Source of the DNA: an uncultured Klebsiella sp.
Lineage (GTDB): Bacteria > Verrucomicrobiota > Verrucomicrobiia > Limisphaerales > SXTU01
NCBI GenBank assembly: GCA_964578245.1
Contig: CAZOCL010000004.1
Location: forward strand, 39-64,038
Direction: 5' to 3'
Length of the DNA: 64,000 nt
The position numbers were made by a program, and so were the translations under genes. The notes below the pieces were generated by a model that ran no database searches, was not told the DNA's origin, and was given only the letters and a program-made list of their open reading frames with translations. Below, piece after piece: positions 46,684-55,785 of the stretch (position 1 is its first letter; each line of letters opens with the position of its first letter).

Positions 46684-47360
46684 TGCCTGGCTCCTTCCTG
46701 CCGACAGCCCCCCCACCACTGGCGCAGACCCACGAGGCACATCACCAGAAACACCCCGTAAAGCAGGGCGGTGAGCGGCAGGGCCCGGCTGAGATATAGC
46801 GGGACATAGATCACGTCAGCGGCGATCCAGAAGCACCAGTTCTCCAGCCGCTTCCGGCAGAGCAGGTATTGCGCGGCCAGGCTCAGCACCGTGGTGATGG
46901 CATCGCCCAGCGGGGCCGCGCCGTTGGCGTAGAGCAGCACCTGCACGAGGGCCCACGTGCCCAGCGGCACGGCGATGCCGAGCGCGATCCATTCCATTCT
47001 GGTGGTGCGGGTGATGGGCAGTGGCACGGTCTGGCGCCCGCGCGCCCAATTCCACCAGCCATAGGCACCCAGGCCGAAGTAAACGACCTGCAGACCCATG
47101 TCAGCGTAGAGCCGTCCTTGCAGGAACAGCACGAAGAAGAACACGTTGTTGGCGAGGCCGACGGGCCAGTTCCAGAGGTGTTCGCGCACCACCAGCCACA
47201 CGCAGATGCCGCCGGTCACAAAGCCGAGGGACTCCGTCATGGCAATCGACCACCAACCCAGCGCGGAGGCCGCGAGCGTGAGAGCCGAGACGACGAGCAT
47301 GACCACCCTCTCGGTGGCGCTCACGGCTGGCGCGATAGGAGTAACAGCGTGCTGATCCAC
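46680..47360 (-). CDS. pnuC: nicotinamide riboside transporter PnuC
   Basis: LGFVTGGICVWLVVREHLWNWPVGLANNVFFFVLFLQGRLYADMGLQVVYFGLGAYGWWNW is the family-typical pattern. GTG start at 47360; an internal ATG 20 codons downstream (47300) is an alternative. Confidence 0.85.
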   Translation of the reverse strand: MDQHAVTPIAPAVSATERVVMLVVSALTLAASALGWWSIAMTESLGFVTGGICVWLVVREHLWNWPVGLANNVFFFVLFLQGRLYADMGLQVVYFGLGAYGWWNWARGRQTVPLPITRTTRMEWIALGIAVPLGTWALVQVLLYANGAAPLGDAITTVLSLAAQYLLCRKRLENWCFWIAADVIYVPLYLSRALPLTALLYGVFLVMCLVGLRQWWGGCRQEGARQ

Positions 47361-47468
47361 GCGTGCAGGCTACCAAGGCAGCCTGCAAGGTAAACCGAAT
47401 CCCGGTATTCCTTCCCCACGTCGAACCCGCCATGCTGTCCACCGTCGTCCCGGTCCGCCTCCGCACAC

Positions 47469-48860
47469 ATGAGCATCCTTGACCGCGAAGCCACCGTGGC
47501 CGGGCCCGGTTATTCCCGCTGGGAGTTTCCCGTGTCCGCCATCGCCGTGCAGATGTGCATCGGTGAGGTGTATGGCTTCAGCGTCTTCAATGTGCCGTTG
47601 ACCCGTATCCGTGGGATCACGCAGTCCGTGGAGGGGGACTGGACCATTCCGCAGGTCGGGTGGATCTACACGGTCGCGCTGGTCATGCTCGGCCTGTCTG
47701 CCGCCGTGCTGGGCAAGTGGGTCGAGCGCAGTGGTCCGCGCAAGACCATGGTCGCCAGCGCGCTCTGCTTCTGCGGCGGGCTGTGGCTCAGTGCGCTGGG
47801 CGTGCACCTGCACAGCTTCTGGCTCGTGTGCTTCGGCTACGGCTTCCTCGGCGGCATCGGGCTGGGACTGGGTTACATCGCGCCTGTGTCCACGCTCATC
47901 AAGTGGTTCCCGGACCGGCCGGGCATGGCGACCGGTTTTGCCATCATGGGCTTCGGTGGCGGGGCGCTCATTGGCGGGCCGCTCGGCGTGCAGTTGATGG
48001 ACAAGTTCAAGGGCCCGACATCCGTCGGTGTGTGGGAGGCATTTCTGGTGATGAGCATGCTCTACCTCGCCTCGATGCTCTTCGGCGCGGCCATCGCCCG
48101 CGTGCCTGCTCCGGGCTGGAAACCCGAGGGCTGGACGCCACCCACCACGAAGGCGAACGCGATGATCACCCAGCATCATGTGGCCGTGGACCAGGCGTGG
48201 AAGACGCCACAGTTCTGGCTGCTCTGGATCGTCCTCTGCATGAACGTGAGCGCGGGCATCGGCGTGATCGGCCAGGCCTCGCTCATGGTGCAGGATATGT
48301 TTGGAGCCACGGCGGCGGTGGGCGGCGGCCTCGTGGGCCTCATGTCCATCTTCAACATGCTCGGCCGCTTCTTCTGGTCATCGACCTCCGACTACACGGG
48401 CCGGAAGGGCATCTACGTCGTCTATTTCTGTCTCGGCATGGTGCTCTATCTGCTGATCCCGTGGACGCAGAAGACCGGGGCGGTGTCCTTCTTCGTGCTG
48501 GTCGTGTGCCTCATCCTCTCCATGTATGGCGGCGGGTTCGCCACGATCCCCGCCTACCTCCGCGACATGTTCGGCACGTATCAAGTCGGAGCGATCCACG
48601 GTCGTCTCATTACGGCGTGGTCGGTGGCGGCCGTCATCGGACCGGTGATCATCAACTACCTCTCCACGGCCCGGAAGGCGGCCGGTGTGCCGAAGGAACT
48701 GGCCTACAACGACTCGATCTACCTCTGCGCGGCCATGCTGCTGGTCGGCTTGATTGCCAATCTCCTGGTGCGGCCGGTGCACACCAAGCACAACTATGCG
48801 GGTGACCTCCCCGGGACAACACCTGCGCCCGCTCCCGTGCCCGCCGGCGGACCGGCCTGA
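47469..48860 (+). CDS. MFS transporter, oxalate/formate antiporter (OFA) family
   Basis: 463 aa with 12 TM. N-terminus reads SRWEFPVSAIAVQMCIGEVYGFSVFNVPL. Confidence 0.8.
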   Translation: MSILDREATVAGPGYSRWEFPVSAIAVQMCIGEVYGFSVFNVPLTRIRGITQSVEGDWTIPQVGWIYTVALVMLGLSAAVLGKWVERSGPRKTMVASALCFCGGLWLSALGVHLHSFWLVCFGYGFLGGIGLGLGYIAPVSTLIKWFPDRPGMATGFAIMGFGGGALIGGPLGVQLMDKFKGPTSVGVWEAFLVMSMLYLASMLFGAAIARVPAPGWKPEGWTPPTTKANAMITQHHVAVDQAWKTPQFWLLWIVLCMNVSAGIGVIGQASLMVQDMFGATAAVGGGLVGLMSIFNMLGRFFWSSTSDYTGRKGIYVVYFCLGMVLYLLIPWTQKTGAVSFFVLVVCLILSMYGGGFATIPAYLRDMFGTYQVGAIHGRLITAWSVAAVIGPVIINYLSTARKAAGVPKELAYNDSIYLCAAMLLVGLIANLLVRPVHTKHNYAGDLPGTTPAPAPVPAGGPA

Positions 48861-48872
48861 ACACGCCCACCT

Positions 48873-49016
48873 ATGCGCAGCTTGAATTTCAAAGTCCTCG
48901 CCTGCTGGCTCATCGTCGCGCTGCCGCTCGGCTGGGGCCTGTATCAATCCGTGCAAAAAGCCAAGCCGCTCTTCTCCGGCGGCATGGCCCGGCCGGCGGC
49001 GGGGCCGAAGCCATAG
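48873..49016 (+). CDS. small single-TM protein, candidate MFS-transporter small subunit
   Basis: Hand-translated 47-aa ORF below the track cutoff: MRSLNFKVLACWLIVALPLGWGLYQSVQKAKPLFSGGMARPAAGPKP. It starts 13 nt after the MFS stop. The W..V.(L/I)PL.WG....(K).LF pattern matches small partners of OFA transporters as I remember them. Confidence 0.5.
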   Translation: MRSLNFKVLACWLIVALPLGWGLYQSVQKAKPLFSGGMARPAAGPKP

Positions 49017-49029
49017 GTTTCGACGGCGC

Positions 49030-51372
49030 TCAGGTAGTTTGGGTTGAGTCGGTCGTGCCTCCGCGCTCCGCCGCCGCGCGCGTGAGCAGGCGGTGAACCG
49101 TGACGGCCAGATCCACCGCGCTGGCAGGCTTCTCCATGAGGTCGTGGATGCCCAGGGCGCGGACTTTCTCCAGCGTCCATGTTCCGCTGGAGCCGGTGGT
49201 GAGCAGCACCGGCGTGTTCGGCGAGTGCTCCGAAATCTGCCGCGCCAGATCCGTCCCCGTCATGTGCGGCATGGTGAGGTCGGTGATGACCAGGTGGAAT
49301 TCTCCGGGGTGGAGGCGGAACTCGGACAACGCCTCGACGGGATCAGTCCGGGTGGTCACGCGGTAGCCGAGTCGTTCCAGGATTGCCCGCACCGAGATGC
49401 AGATGGAGGGTTCATCATCCACCAGCAGGATGTGCTGGCCCGCGCCCGCAGGAATGGAGCGCGGCCCCGCCACGGCTTCATCCGGCAGCAGTGGCTGCGC
49501 CGGAAAGTAGAGGCTGAACGTGGTGCCCTCTTCCGGCCGGCTCTGCACAGTGATGGCGCCCTCGTGCTCGCGGATGATGCCGTGCACCACCGCCAGGCCG
49601 AGGCCGGTGCCCTCGCCCCGCTCCTTCGTGGTGAAAAACGGCTCGAAGGCGCGCTTCAAGGTTTCTGCCGCCATCCCGTGCCCGGTGTCGCTGACGGTCA
49701 GCCGCGCATAGCGGCCCGGGTGCAGACCGTGATTCAACTGGGCCAGGCCCTCGTTCACCTCAAACGGTTCCAGGATGACGGTCAGGCAACCGGGGCGCTC
49801 GCGCATCGCATGCGCAGCGTTGGTGCAGAGGTTCATCATCACCTGATGGATCTGCGTCATGTCCGCCAGCACCACCGGCGTGGCCGGATCAATCTGGGCC
49901 TCGATCTCGATCGTGGCCGGCAGCGTGGAGCGCAGCAGCCGGAGCGCTTCCTTCACCACCTGTTGCAGCCGGGTGGGCTTGCGTTCCTGCTTCTGCCGCC
50001 GGCTGAAGGTGAGGATTTGCTGGACGAGGTCCCGGGCACGCGCGCTCGAGGTCAGGATCTCGGCCAGATGCCGGCGGACTTCAACCGGGCTATGCGCCTC
50101 CATCGTCGCCAGGTCCGCGTAGGCCATGATGACAGTGAGGATGTTGTTGAAATCGTGGGCGATGCCTCCCGCCAGGGTGCCCAGGGCGTCCAGCTTCTGG
50201 GTCTGCCTGAGCTGCGCTTCCAGCTCCGCTTTCGCGGCCTGATCTTCCTTCTGCGCGCTGAGGTCGCGGATGAACCCGCTGAATCCCAGGGTGCCGGCAG
50301 TCCTGAGCGGCGTGATGGCCAGCTCAACCGGAATCTCCCGGCCGTCGCGCCGGAGCGCGATCGTTTCCCACGGACGGCTCAAGGGACTGGTCTGGGGCGC
50401 GGCGAGGAAGCGCCGCAGTTCCGCCTCCACCCGCGCGCGGAAGCGCTCCGGGGCGAGCAGCTCCGACATCTTCCGCCCCAAGGCCTCCGCCCGCGGCCAG
50501 CCGAAGATGGTCTCCGCCCGCGTGTTCCAACCGGTGATCAATCCGTCAGCGGACATCGTCACGACCGCCTCCAGCGCGTTTTCGAGAATTGCGCGCATCC
50601 GTTCTTCGCTTTGCCGGACCGCTTCCTCGGCGTTCTTGCGGTCGGTGACATCGCGCGCGATGAGGACGCTGCGCTGCTCCCCGAGGGAATTGAAAAAGTC
50701 CCGCCCGGTGGTCTCCACCCAGCGCCAGGAACCGTCCTTGTGCTGATAGCGGCAGGTGACCCGGCCTTGCGGCAGGGCGAACTGTTCATGCGCATGGGGC
50801 AGGTCCTCGGGATGCACACGGGCGAACACATTGGTGTGGACCAGCTCCTGCGGCTCGAAGCCCAGCACGGACAGCGCGTTCGGCGTGATGTAAAGGATGG
50901 TGCCTTCTCGGCTGATCTCCAGCACCAGGTCGAGCGAGTTCTCCACGAGCAGGCGGAACCGTTCGAGATTGCGCTGCATGGCCTGCAGATCTTGCGCCGG
51001 TGCGGCTGAGCCGGGGACGGTTGCAGCAGCGGGGCCGGCCACCAGTTCACGGAGGGCGAGCAGATTCTCCTTCGCGACGTGGCTGACCGCCCCTGCTTGG
51101 AGGGCCGCGAGCCGCAGGCCGGGCCCGTCATCGTTCGTGACCATCACCACGCGGGTGAGCGGGAGCGTGGCGCGAATGGCGCTGGCCGTCTGAAACCCGC
51201 TGAGTCCCGGCATGTGGACATCCATGGTGACCCAGTCCGGCTGAAAGTCCTTCGCCCGCGCGACCGCCTCGTTGCCCGACGCGCATTCGCACACTGTGTC
51301 TCCGGGACGGGCGAGCACTTCACGGATCAGTTTCCGGGCACCAGGGTGGTCATCAACAATCATCAGCTTCAT
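49030..51372 (-). CDS. hybrid sensor histidine kinase (REC-PAS-PAS-HisKA-HATPase-REC)
   Basis: Start is at MKLMIVDDHPG (51372). The N-terminal receiver reads WVTMDVHMPGLSG. H-box is IAHDFNNILTVI, G-boxes are DTGHGM...GTGLGLAV, and the C-terminal receiver reads ILLVDDEP...LVITDLTMPHMTG. Confidence 0.9.
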   Translation of the reverse strand: MKLMIVDDHPGARKLIREVLARPGDTVCECASGNEAVARAKDFQPDWVTMDVHMPGLSGFQTASAIRATLPLTRVVMVTNDDGPGLRLAALQAGAVSHVAKENLLALRELVAGPAAATVPGSAAPAQDLQAMQRNLERFRLLVENSLDLVLEISREGTILYITPNALSVLGFEPQELVHTNVFARVHPEDLPHAHEQFALPQGRVTCRYQHKDGSWRWVETTGRDFFNSLGEQRSVLIARDVTDRKNAEEAVRQSEERMRAILENALEAVVTMSADGLITGWNTRAETIFGWPRAEALGRKMSELLAPERFRARVEAELRRFLAAPQTSPLSRPWETIALRRDGREIPVELAITPLRTAGTLGFSGFIRDLSAQKEDQAAKAELEAQLRQTQKLDALGTLAGGIAHDFNNILTVIMAYADLATMEAHSPVEVRRHLAEILTSSARARDLVQQILTFSRRQKQERKPTRLQQVVKEALRLLRSTLPATIEIEAQIDPATPVVLADMTQIHQVMMNLCTNAAHAMRERPGCLTVILEPFEVNEGLAQLNHGLHPGRYARLTVSDTGHGMAAETLKRAFEPFFTTKERGEGTGLGLAVVHGIIREHEGAITVQSRPEEGTTFSLYFPAQPLLPDEAVAGPRSIPAGAGQHILLVDDEPSICISVRAILERLGYRVTTRTDPVEALSEFRLHPGEFHLVITDLTMPHMTGTDLARQISEHSPNTPVLLTTGSSGTWTLEKVRALGIHDLMEKPASAVDLAVTVHRLLTRAAAERGGTTDSTQTT

Positions 51373-51641
51373 GTTCAGCGGCTGGCGGTCCAGCCACTGC
51401 CACTGTGCCGGGTGGAGCAATTCCCGGTAATTGTCAGCCCCGCATATTCGTGCGTAGGGAGTCCTCGCTATTTTAGTAGGTGGGAATACTTACGTGGAGC
51501 GCGCAGGGCAAAACTCGTTTTGAAATCGAGCGGGAAGTCTGACAAAGGCCTCGGCACGATGACACAGCACAGCATGTCGAAGCCGCTCTCCTTCCTCGTG
51601 AGCCGTGTTTTCCGTGGTTCCAAATGCCGGCCCGCCCCGGC

Positions 51642-52883
51642 TCACCAGCCCTTCGGCAGGTCCGGCAGGGTTGCCTTGAGGATGCCGCGGATGGCCTGCT
51701 TCTCGGCGGCGGGCAGGTAGGCGAATTCCGGCTCCGGCTTCGCCACGTCGAGTGCCTTCGCCAGCTTCGTGAAGACCCGCTGCTTCATCTCCGGCGGCAG
51801 CCCCTGAAACGCGAGGCTGTAGATCATGTAGCTGCACCGGTGCTGGAAGAGCCGCGTGCGCAGGTCGAAGTCCTTCAGCGACGCACCGCCCGGTCCCAGC
51901 CGGCGGACACTCGCGAAGTCCGTCTTGAACTCGGCATCCCCGGCGATGCCACCTTTGGGCAGCGGAACCTCGTCCGCGAAGAGCAGGTAGCGCGTCACTG
52001 TGCGCGCCTGCTGGTCGAGCGCGGCGGCGTGTTCGGTCGTGAGCTTGCCGTGGTCCTCGGCGAGGTGCGTGCGGGTGCGGTAGGTCGCCTCCACTGCGCG
52101 GTTCACGAAGCCCACCTGATGCTCGTGGAGGAGTTGCGGCAGCACGTCGCTGGAGGGCACGAGATAGCGGTCGTAGCTGAACTGCGAGCCGGGCGGGATG
52201 GCAATCCGCTGCACGCCCTGCGGTGTGGACTGGCCGATGAAGTTGCCCCAGTGGTTCGTGAAGTTCGGCAGCCCCGTCACATACCAGCCGCCAAACCGCT
52301 GGTCCAATGGGATGCCGTGGCCCGACTGCTCCTGCCGGAACGATTTCAGGCTGCCCCCGCGCGGTCCCACCACCACCGACTTGATCACCGGGCCGGGCAC
52401 ATAGCCGGTGTCCTCGCGCGCGTGGCAGTTCATGCAGCGTGTCGCCCGGTCCGGGTGCGGCGGCTGGCCGTTGCGCGGGATGTCGAAGATGTAGAACACG
52501 CCGCCCAGGTCGGGGTCCACGGAGACGATCTCAATCTTCCCGCCCACCACATAGCCGAGGTAGATGTCCTCGTTGAAGAAGATTGCACGCGGGCTGCGCG
52601 GCGAGATGAGGCTGAGCTGCAGGCTGGTGGTGGAATAGACCAGCATCTGCGACGAGGACGGAATGTCCAGGGACTTGAGCACGCTGGCGACAAACGCCTT
52701 CTCCGTGGAGTAGTCCAGCGTGACGCGGCCCGCGTTGAGATTGGTCATCCAGCGGCTGAAGCGGTCCTTCGGCGTCTGCTTCCAGTAATCGTGCGGTGGC
52801 TGGTCAAAGTCGCGATAGTCCGCCGCAGGGGCTACAACAGCGCTTGCGAGCAGCAACCAGCAGACCCAGACGATGGACTTCAT
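51642..52883 (-). CDS. secreted hypothetical protein with a single CxxCH motif
   Basis: Signal peptide MKSIVWVCWLLLASAVVAPAADY. ATRCMNCHARED is the only CxxCH motif. No other family recognised. Confidence 0.5.
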   Translation of the reverse strand: MKSIVWVCWLLLASAVVAPAADYRDFDQPPHDYWKQTPKDRFSRWMTNLNAGRVTLDYSTEKAFVASVLKSLDIPSSSQMLVYSTTSLQLSLISPRSPRAIFFNEDIYLGYVVGGKIEIVSVDPDLGGVFYIFDIPRNGQPPHPDRATRCMNCHAREDTGYVPGPVIKSVVVGPRGGSLKSFRQEQSGHGIPLDQRFGGWYVTGLPNFTNHWGNFIGQSTPQGVQRIAIPPGSQFSYDRYLVPSSDVLPQLLHEHQVGFVNRAVEATYRTRTHLAEDHGKLTTEHAAALDQQARTVTRYLLFADEVPLPKGGIAGDAEFKTDFASVRRLGPGGASLKDFDLRTRLFQHRCSYMIYSLAFQGLPPEMKQRVFTKLAKALDVAKPEPEFAYLPAAEKQAIRGILKATLPDLPKGW

Positions 52884-52983
52884 GTGCAGTTCAAGATACG
52901 GACGCAGGGTCTGACGAAGCCAGCGGCGTGGCGTTCAACCGAGAAGGCGGGCTCGTTCGTCATGCCGGCTGGCCAGGCCGATG

Positions 52984-53129
52984 GCGTCTTGGACTGCGGC
53001 GGGAAGCGGAGCGCCACGCCGCTTTTCCGTCCCGCGGAGCGGTTCGCGGTTTGCATCGCCGACTGCGTCCGCTCCGCGGGAAGCCAAAGCGCCGTCGCCG
53101 CTTCGCTCTGCCGGCGCAGTCCAAGACGC
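52984..53129. repeat. ~146-bp nested-hairpin element with GCGTCTTGGACTGCG terminal inverted repeats (family A, copy 1)
   Basis: A 15-bp perfect TIR at 52984-52998 and 53115-53129. An inner perfect 12-bp inverted repeat CCCGCGGAGCGG/CCGCTCCGCGGG at 53031-53042 and 53069-53080. Confidence 0.85.
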
Positions 53130-53156
53130 GCGCCGACCTCCATCGTGCGCCGCGCG

Positions 53157-55406
53157 CTACCGCAGCTTCACCAGCGGAAACTGTTCGCCCGCCAGCGCGC
53201 GCTTCACGAAGGCACCCCAATACGGCGTGGGCGTGTAGTCCCAGCCCGTGATCATCACTGGGCTGGCCCCGGGATGGAACGAGAAGGCCGTCCAGTGGAA
53301 GCGGTGCTTCTGGATCAAGCCCAGCATGTCCGGCACCCAGGTGTAGGGATCTTCCTGCGCGTCGGCAGGGATGAAGCTCATCTTCTTGATGTCCGCACCC
53401 ACCTCGCCGACGAGGATCGGGTGCTGGTCCGCGATCACCAGCACCTTCTCCTGCCAGCCGCGCTTCCACGGGTAGATGTGCGTGGCATACACGATCCCGT
53501 GTCCACCGCCGTCGCTCAGCCCGAAGCCCTTGGCGATGCCTGAGAGGTCATAGGCCCAGTCCAGTCCGCCGACTACCACGATGTTCAGCGCGCCGGTGGA
53601 CCGCACGGCGTTCACCAGCACCTGCATGCCGATGGCCTGAAAGCCTTTCGCCGCCTTGGCCTTTTCCTCCGGGGTGAGGAACGCATCCTCATCCGCCGGG
53701 GCCTTCTTTTCGGCGACAAAGCCGCCGTCGCGCCAGACCTCCCACGAGGTGCCGTGCGGTTCGTTGAAGAGGTCGAAGAGCACCGCCGGGTGGTTCTTGT
53801 ATTTGGTGGCCGCGTCTTTCCAGAACTCCGCGTGCTCCGCCTTGGGGGCGCGGAACCGGTGCAGGTCCAGCAGCACATACGCACCGCGATTGGCGATGAG
53901 CGTGATCACCTGGTCCACCAGTTCGCGATACGCCGCCCCGCCGTCCTTCCCGCCGCCAGTCCGGCCAAACCAATACTCCTCCTTCACCGGCAGGCGGATG
54001 AGGCTGGCCTTCCAGTCCTCCACGGCCACCTTGGCGGACTTCATCACGTGGTCGCCTTTGACCAGGAACTCGAGGCTCACCACGTTCATGCCTTGTAGCC
54101 ACACCGGCTTGCCGTCCTTGCCCAGCACCTGGTTGCCTGCAACGTGCAGTTCCTGCGGCCACTTCGCCGGCTCGGGTTTCTCCGGGGCGACGTAGGAAAG
54201 CTTCTCGATCTCCGCCGCGGCCTTCGCCGCCACCACCAGTTTCTCCGGGTCGGTGGGCTTGAGCACGATGTCATCCAGGTCCAGCGTGCCGCGCTCGACC
54301 TGGAAGAGTGCTGGCATGAACTCCAGTGCCACGGCCTTCTCCGGCACGAGGAACCGCGCGGTGCGCTCCACCCAGCCGCTGGTGTTGCTGCGGGTGTAGG
54401 CGGGGCCGGGCTTCTGCGGCAGCTTCTTCCCGCCTGCGTCGAGGAACTCCATCATGAAGCGCGCGTCGAAGTGCGGTTCCTTGCCGGGCTTCAAGTCGGT
54501 GATGCGCCAGCGCCACGTCAGCTCCAGCGCCTTCGCCCCCGCAGGCAGGTCAAACGTGCGGTAAAGCATGACGACCTCGCCTGGCTGGGTGGACTTGAGG
54601 CGCAGGAAATGGTTGCCGCCCTCCTCCAGCCAGCTCCCGCCGGACTTGGGGCGGCCCCAGTTGTCCGGCCAGCCGTCGGCGTTCTTGTCCGTCTCGAAGT
54701 CGCCATTGGAGATGAGCGGCGTGCCTTTCTCCAGCGCAGCGGCGGCCTTGGTCTGCTTCGCCGTGGCCGCAGCCGCCTGCTTGGCCTGCGTGGCCACCGC
54801 CGCCGCATCGGCCGCCACCTGGAGCGGAGCTGCGTCCACGGCTTTGAGAACGATGTCGTCGAGATCGAAGGTGCCTTGCTCCACCTGGAAGAGCGCCGGC
54901 ATGAATTCCAGCGTGCGGGCGTCCTCTGGCACGAGGAACTTCGCACTGCGCTCCACCCAGCCGGCGGTGCTCTTGCGCGAGTTCGGCGCGGCGGGAGAGC
55001 CTTTGAGCTTGCCGCCGGTCGCGTCCCTGAACTCCAGCATGATGCGCGCATCGAACCACGGCTGCTTGCCGAGCTTCAATTCGGTGATGCGCTGCCGCCA
55101 GGTCAGCTCCAGCGCCTTGGCGCCGGTGGGGAGAGTCACGGGACGATACAGCATCACCATCTTGCCCGGCTCGGTGGCGGCGAGGCGGAGGAAGTGATTG
55201 CCATTCTCGACCTCCCAGGTGCCGCCTGTCTTGGGGCGTTCCCACTTGTCCGGCCACTTGTCACCGTCGGCATCGGTTTCGAAATCGCCGTTCGCGATGA
55301 GTGAGTGAGTCGGCGGCGCGTCTGCCGCGCGGGCAATGCCGGTGCCAAAGAAGAGTGCGACCGCGAGGCTGAGTAGTTGAGGGAAACAGGACAAAACGCA
55401 GCGCAC
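53157..55406 (-). CDS. secreted glycoside hydrolase family 5 with two tandem N-terminal beta-sandwich (CBM-like) modules
   Basis: GTG 55406 precedes the signal peptide (V)RCVLSCFPQLLSLAVALFFGTGIARA; the track ORF extends to 55613. The catalytic half reads VWLQGMNVVSLEF...VLLDLHRF...VLFDLFNEPHG (NEP acid/base). Confidence 0.75.
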   Translation of the reverse strand: MRCVLSCFPQLLSLAVALFFGTGIARAADAPPTHSLIANGDFETDADGDKWPDKWERPKTGGTWEVENGNHFLRLAATEPGKMVMLYRPVTLPTGAKALELTWRQRITELKLGKQPWFDARIMLEFRDATGGKLKGSPAAPNSRKSTAGWVERSAKFLVPEDARTLEFMPALFQVEQGTFDLDDIVLKAVDAAPLQVAADAAAVATQAKQAAAATAKQTKAAAALEKGTPLISNGDFETDKNADGWPDNWGRPKSGGSWLEEGGNHFLRLKSTQPGEVVMLYRTFDLPAGAKALELTWRWRITDLKPGKEPHFDARFMMEFLDAGGKKLPQKPGPAYTRSNTSGWVERTARFLVPEKAVALEFMPALFQVERGTLDLDDIVLKPTDPEKLVVAAKAAAEIEKLSYVAPEKPEPAKWPQELHVAGNQVLGKDGKPVWLQGMNVVSLEFLVKGDHVMKSAKVAVEDWKASLIRLPVKEEYWFGRTGGGKDGGAAYRELVDQVITLIANRGAYVLLDLHRFRAPKAEHAEFWKDAATKYKNHPAVLFDLFNEPHGTSWEVWRDGGFVAEKKAPADEDAFLTPEEKAKAAKGFQAIGMQVLVNAVRSTGALNIVVVGGLDWAYDLSGIAKGFGLSDGGGHGIVYATHIYPWKRGWQEKVLVIADQHPILVGEVGADIKKMSFIPADAQEDPYTWVPDMLGLIQKHRFHWTAFSFHPGASPVMITGWDYTPTPYWGAFVKRALAGEQFPLVKLR

Positions 55407-55785
55407 AGAACGCCGTGGCTGCTGGTATGGAGTCCCGCCTTTAGGCGGCGGGGCGTCCGACGGTCGGTGGGCGTTCTGCGCAGTGTCTGGATCGCAGAGG
55501 CGTTTCGCCGGCTGAAGCCTGCGCGGTTCATGGAGAGGGAGAGCGCGGACTGCCGCCCATAGGGTGGAGTTCACCAGAGTCTTCCAGCAAGTGGTGTCAG
55601 GGGCTTTGCGCATGGGGATGTGAGCCGAAGTTCAACTGCTTAGTCGTCCACCGAGGGTCCCTTCGTCAACGGAAATTCGCCTCAGCCTGCGCCGCCGCCC
55701 GGATCACAGACCCGCGCTCCGCAGCGAAAACCGGGTTGTTCAACCCTACAAGCCAGAGCTACCGTCTGCCCACGCTGCACGACCG

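Noticed and set aside
49093-53543. 638-aa and 639-aa plus-strand ORFs (49093-51009, 51624-53543)
   Set aside because: They are antisense to the hybrid histidine kinase and the CxxCH protein gene, both of which have clear domain motifs or signal peptides. The second also runs through repeat element A.
55407-55613. 69-codon upstream extension of the GH5 ORF
   Set aside because: The extension is Pro/Arg-rich with no signal peptide. A GTG at 55406 immediately precedes a typical signal peptide. The start nevertheless remains unverified.
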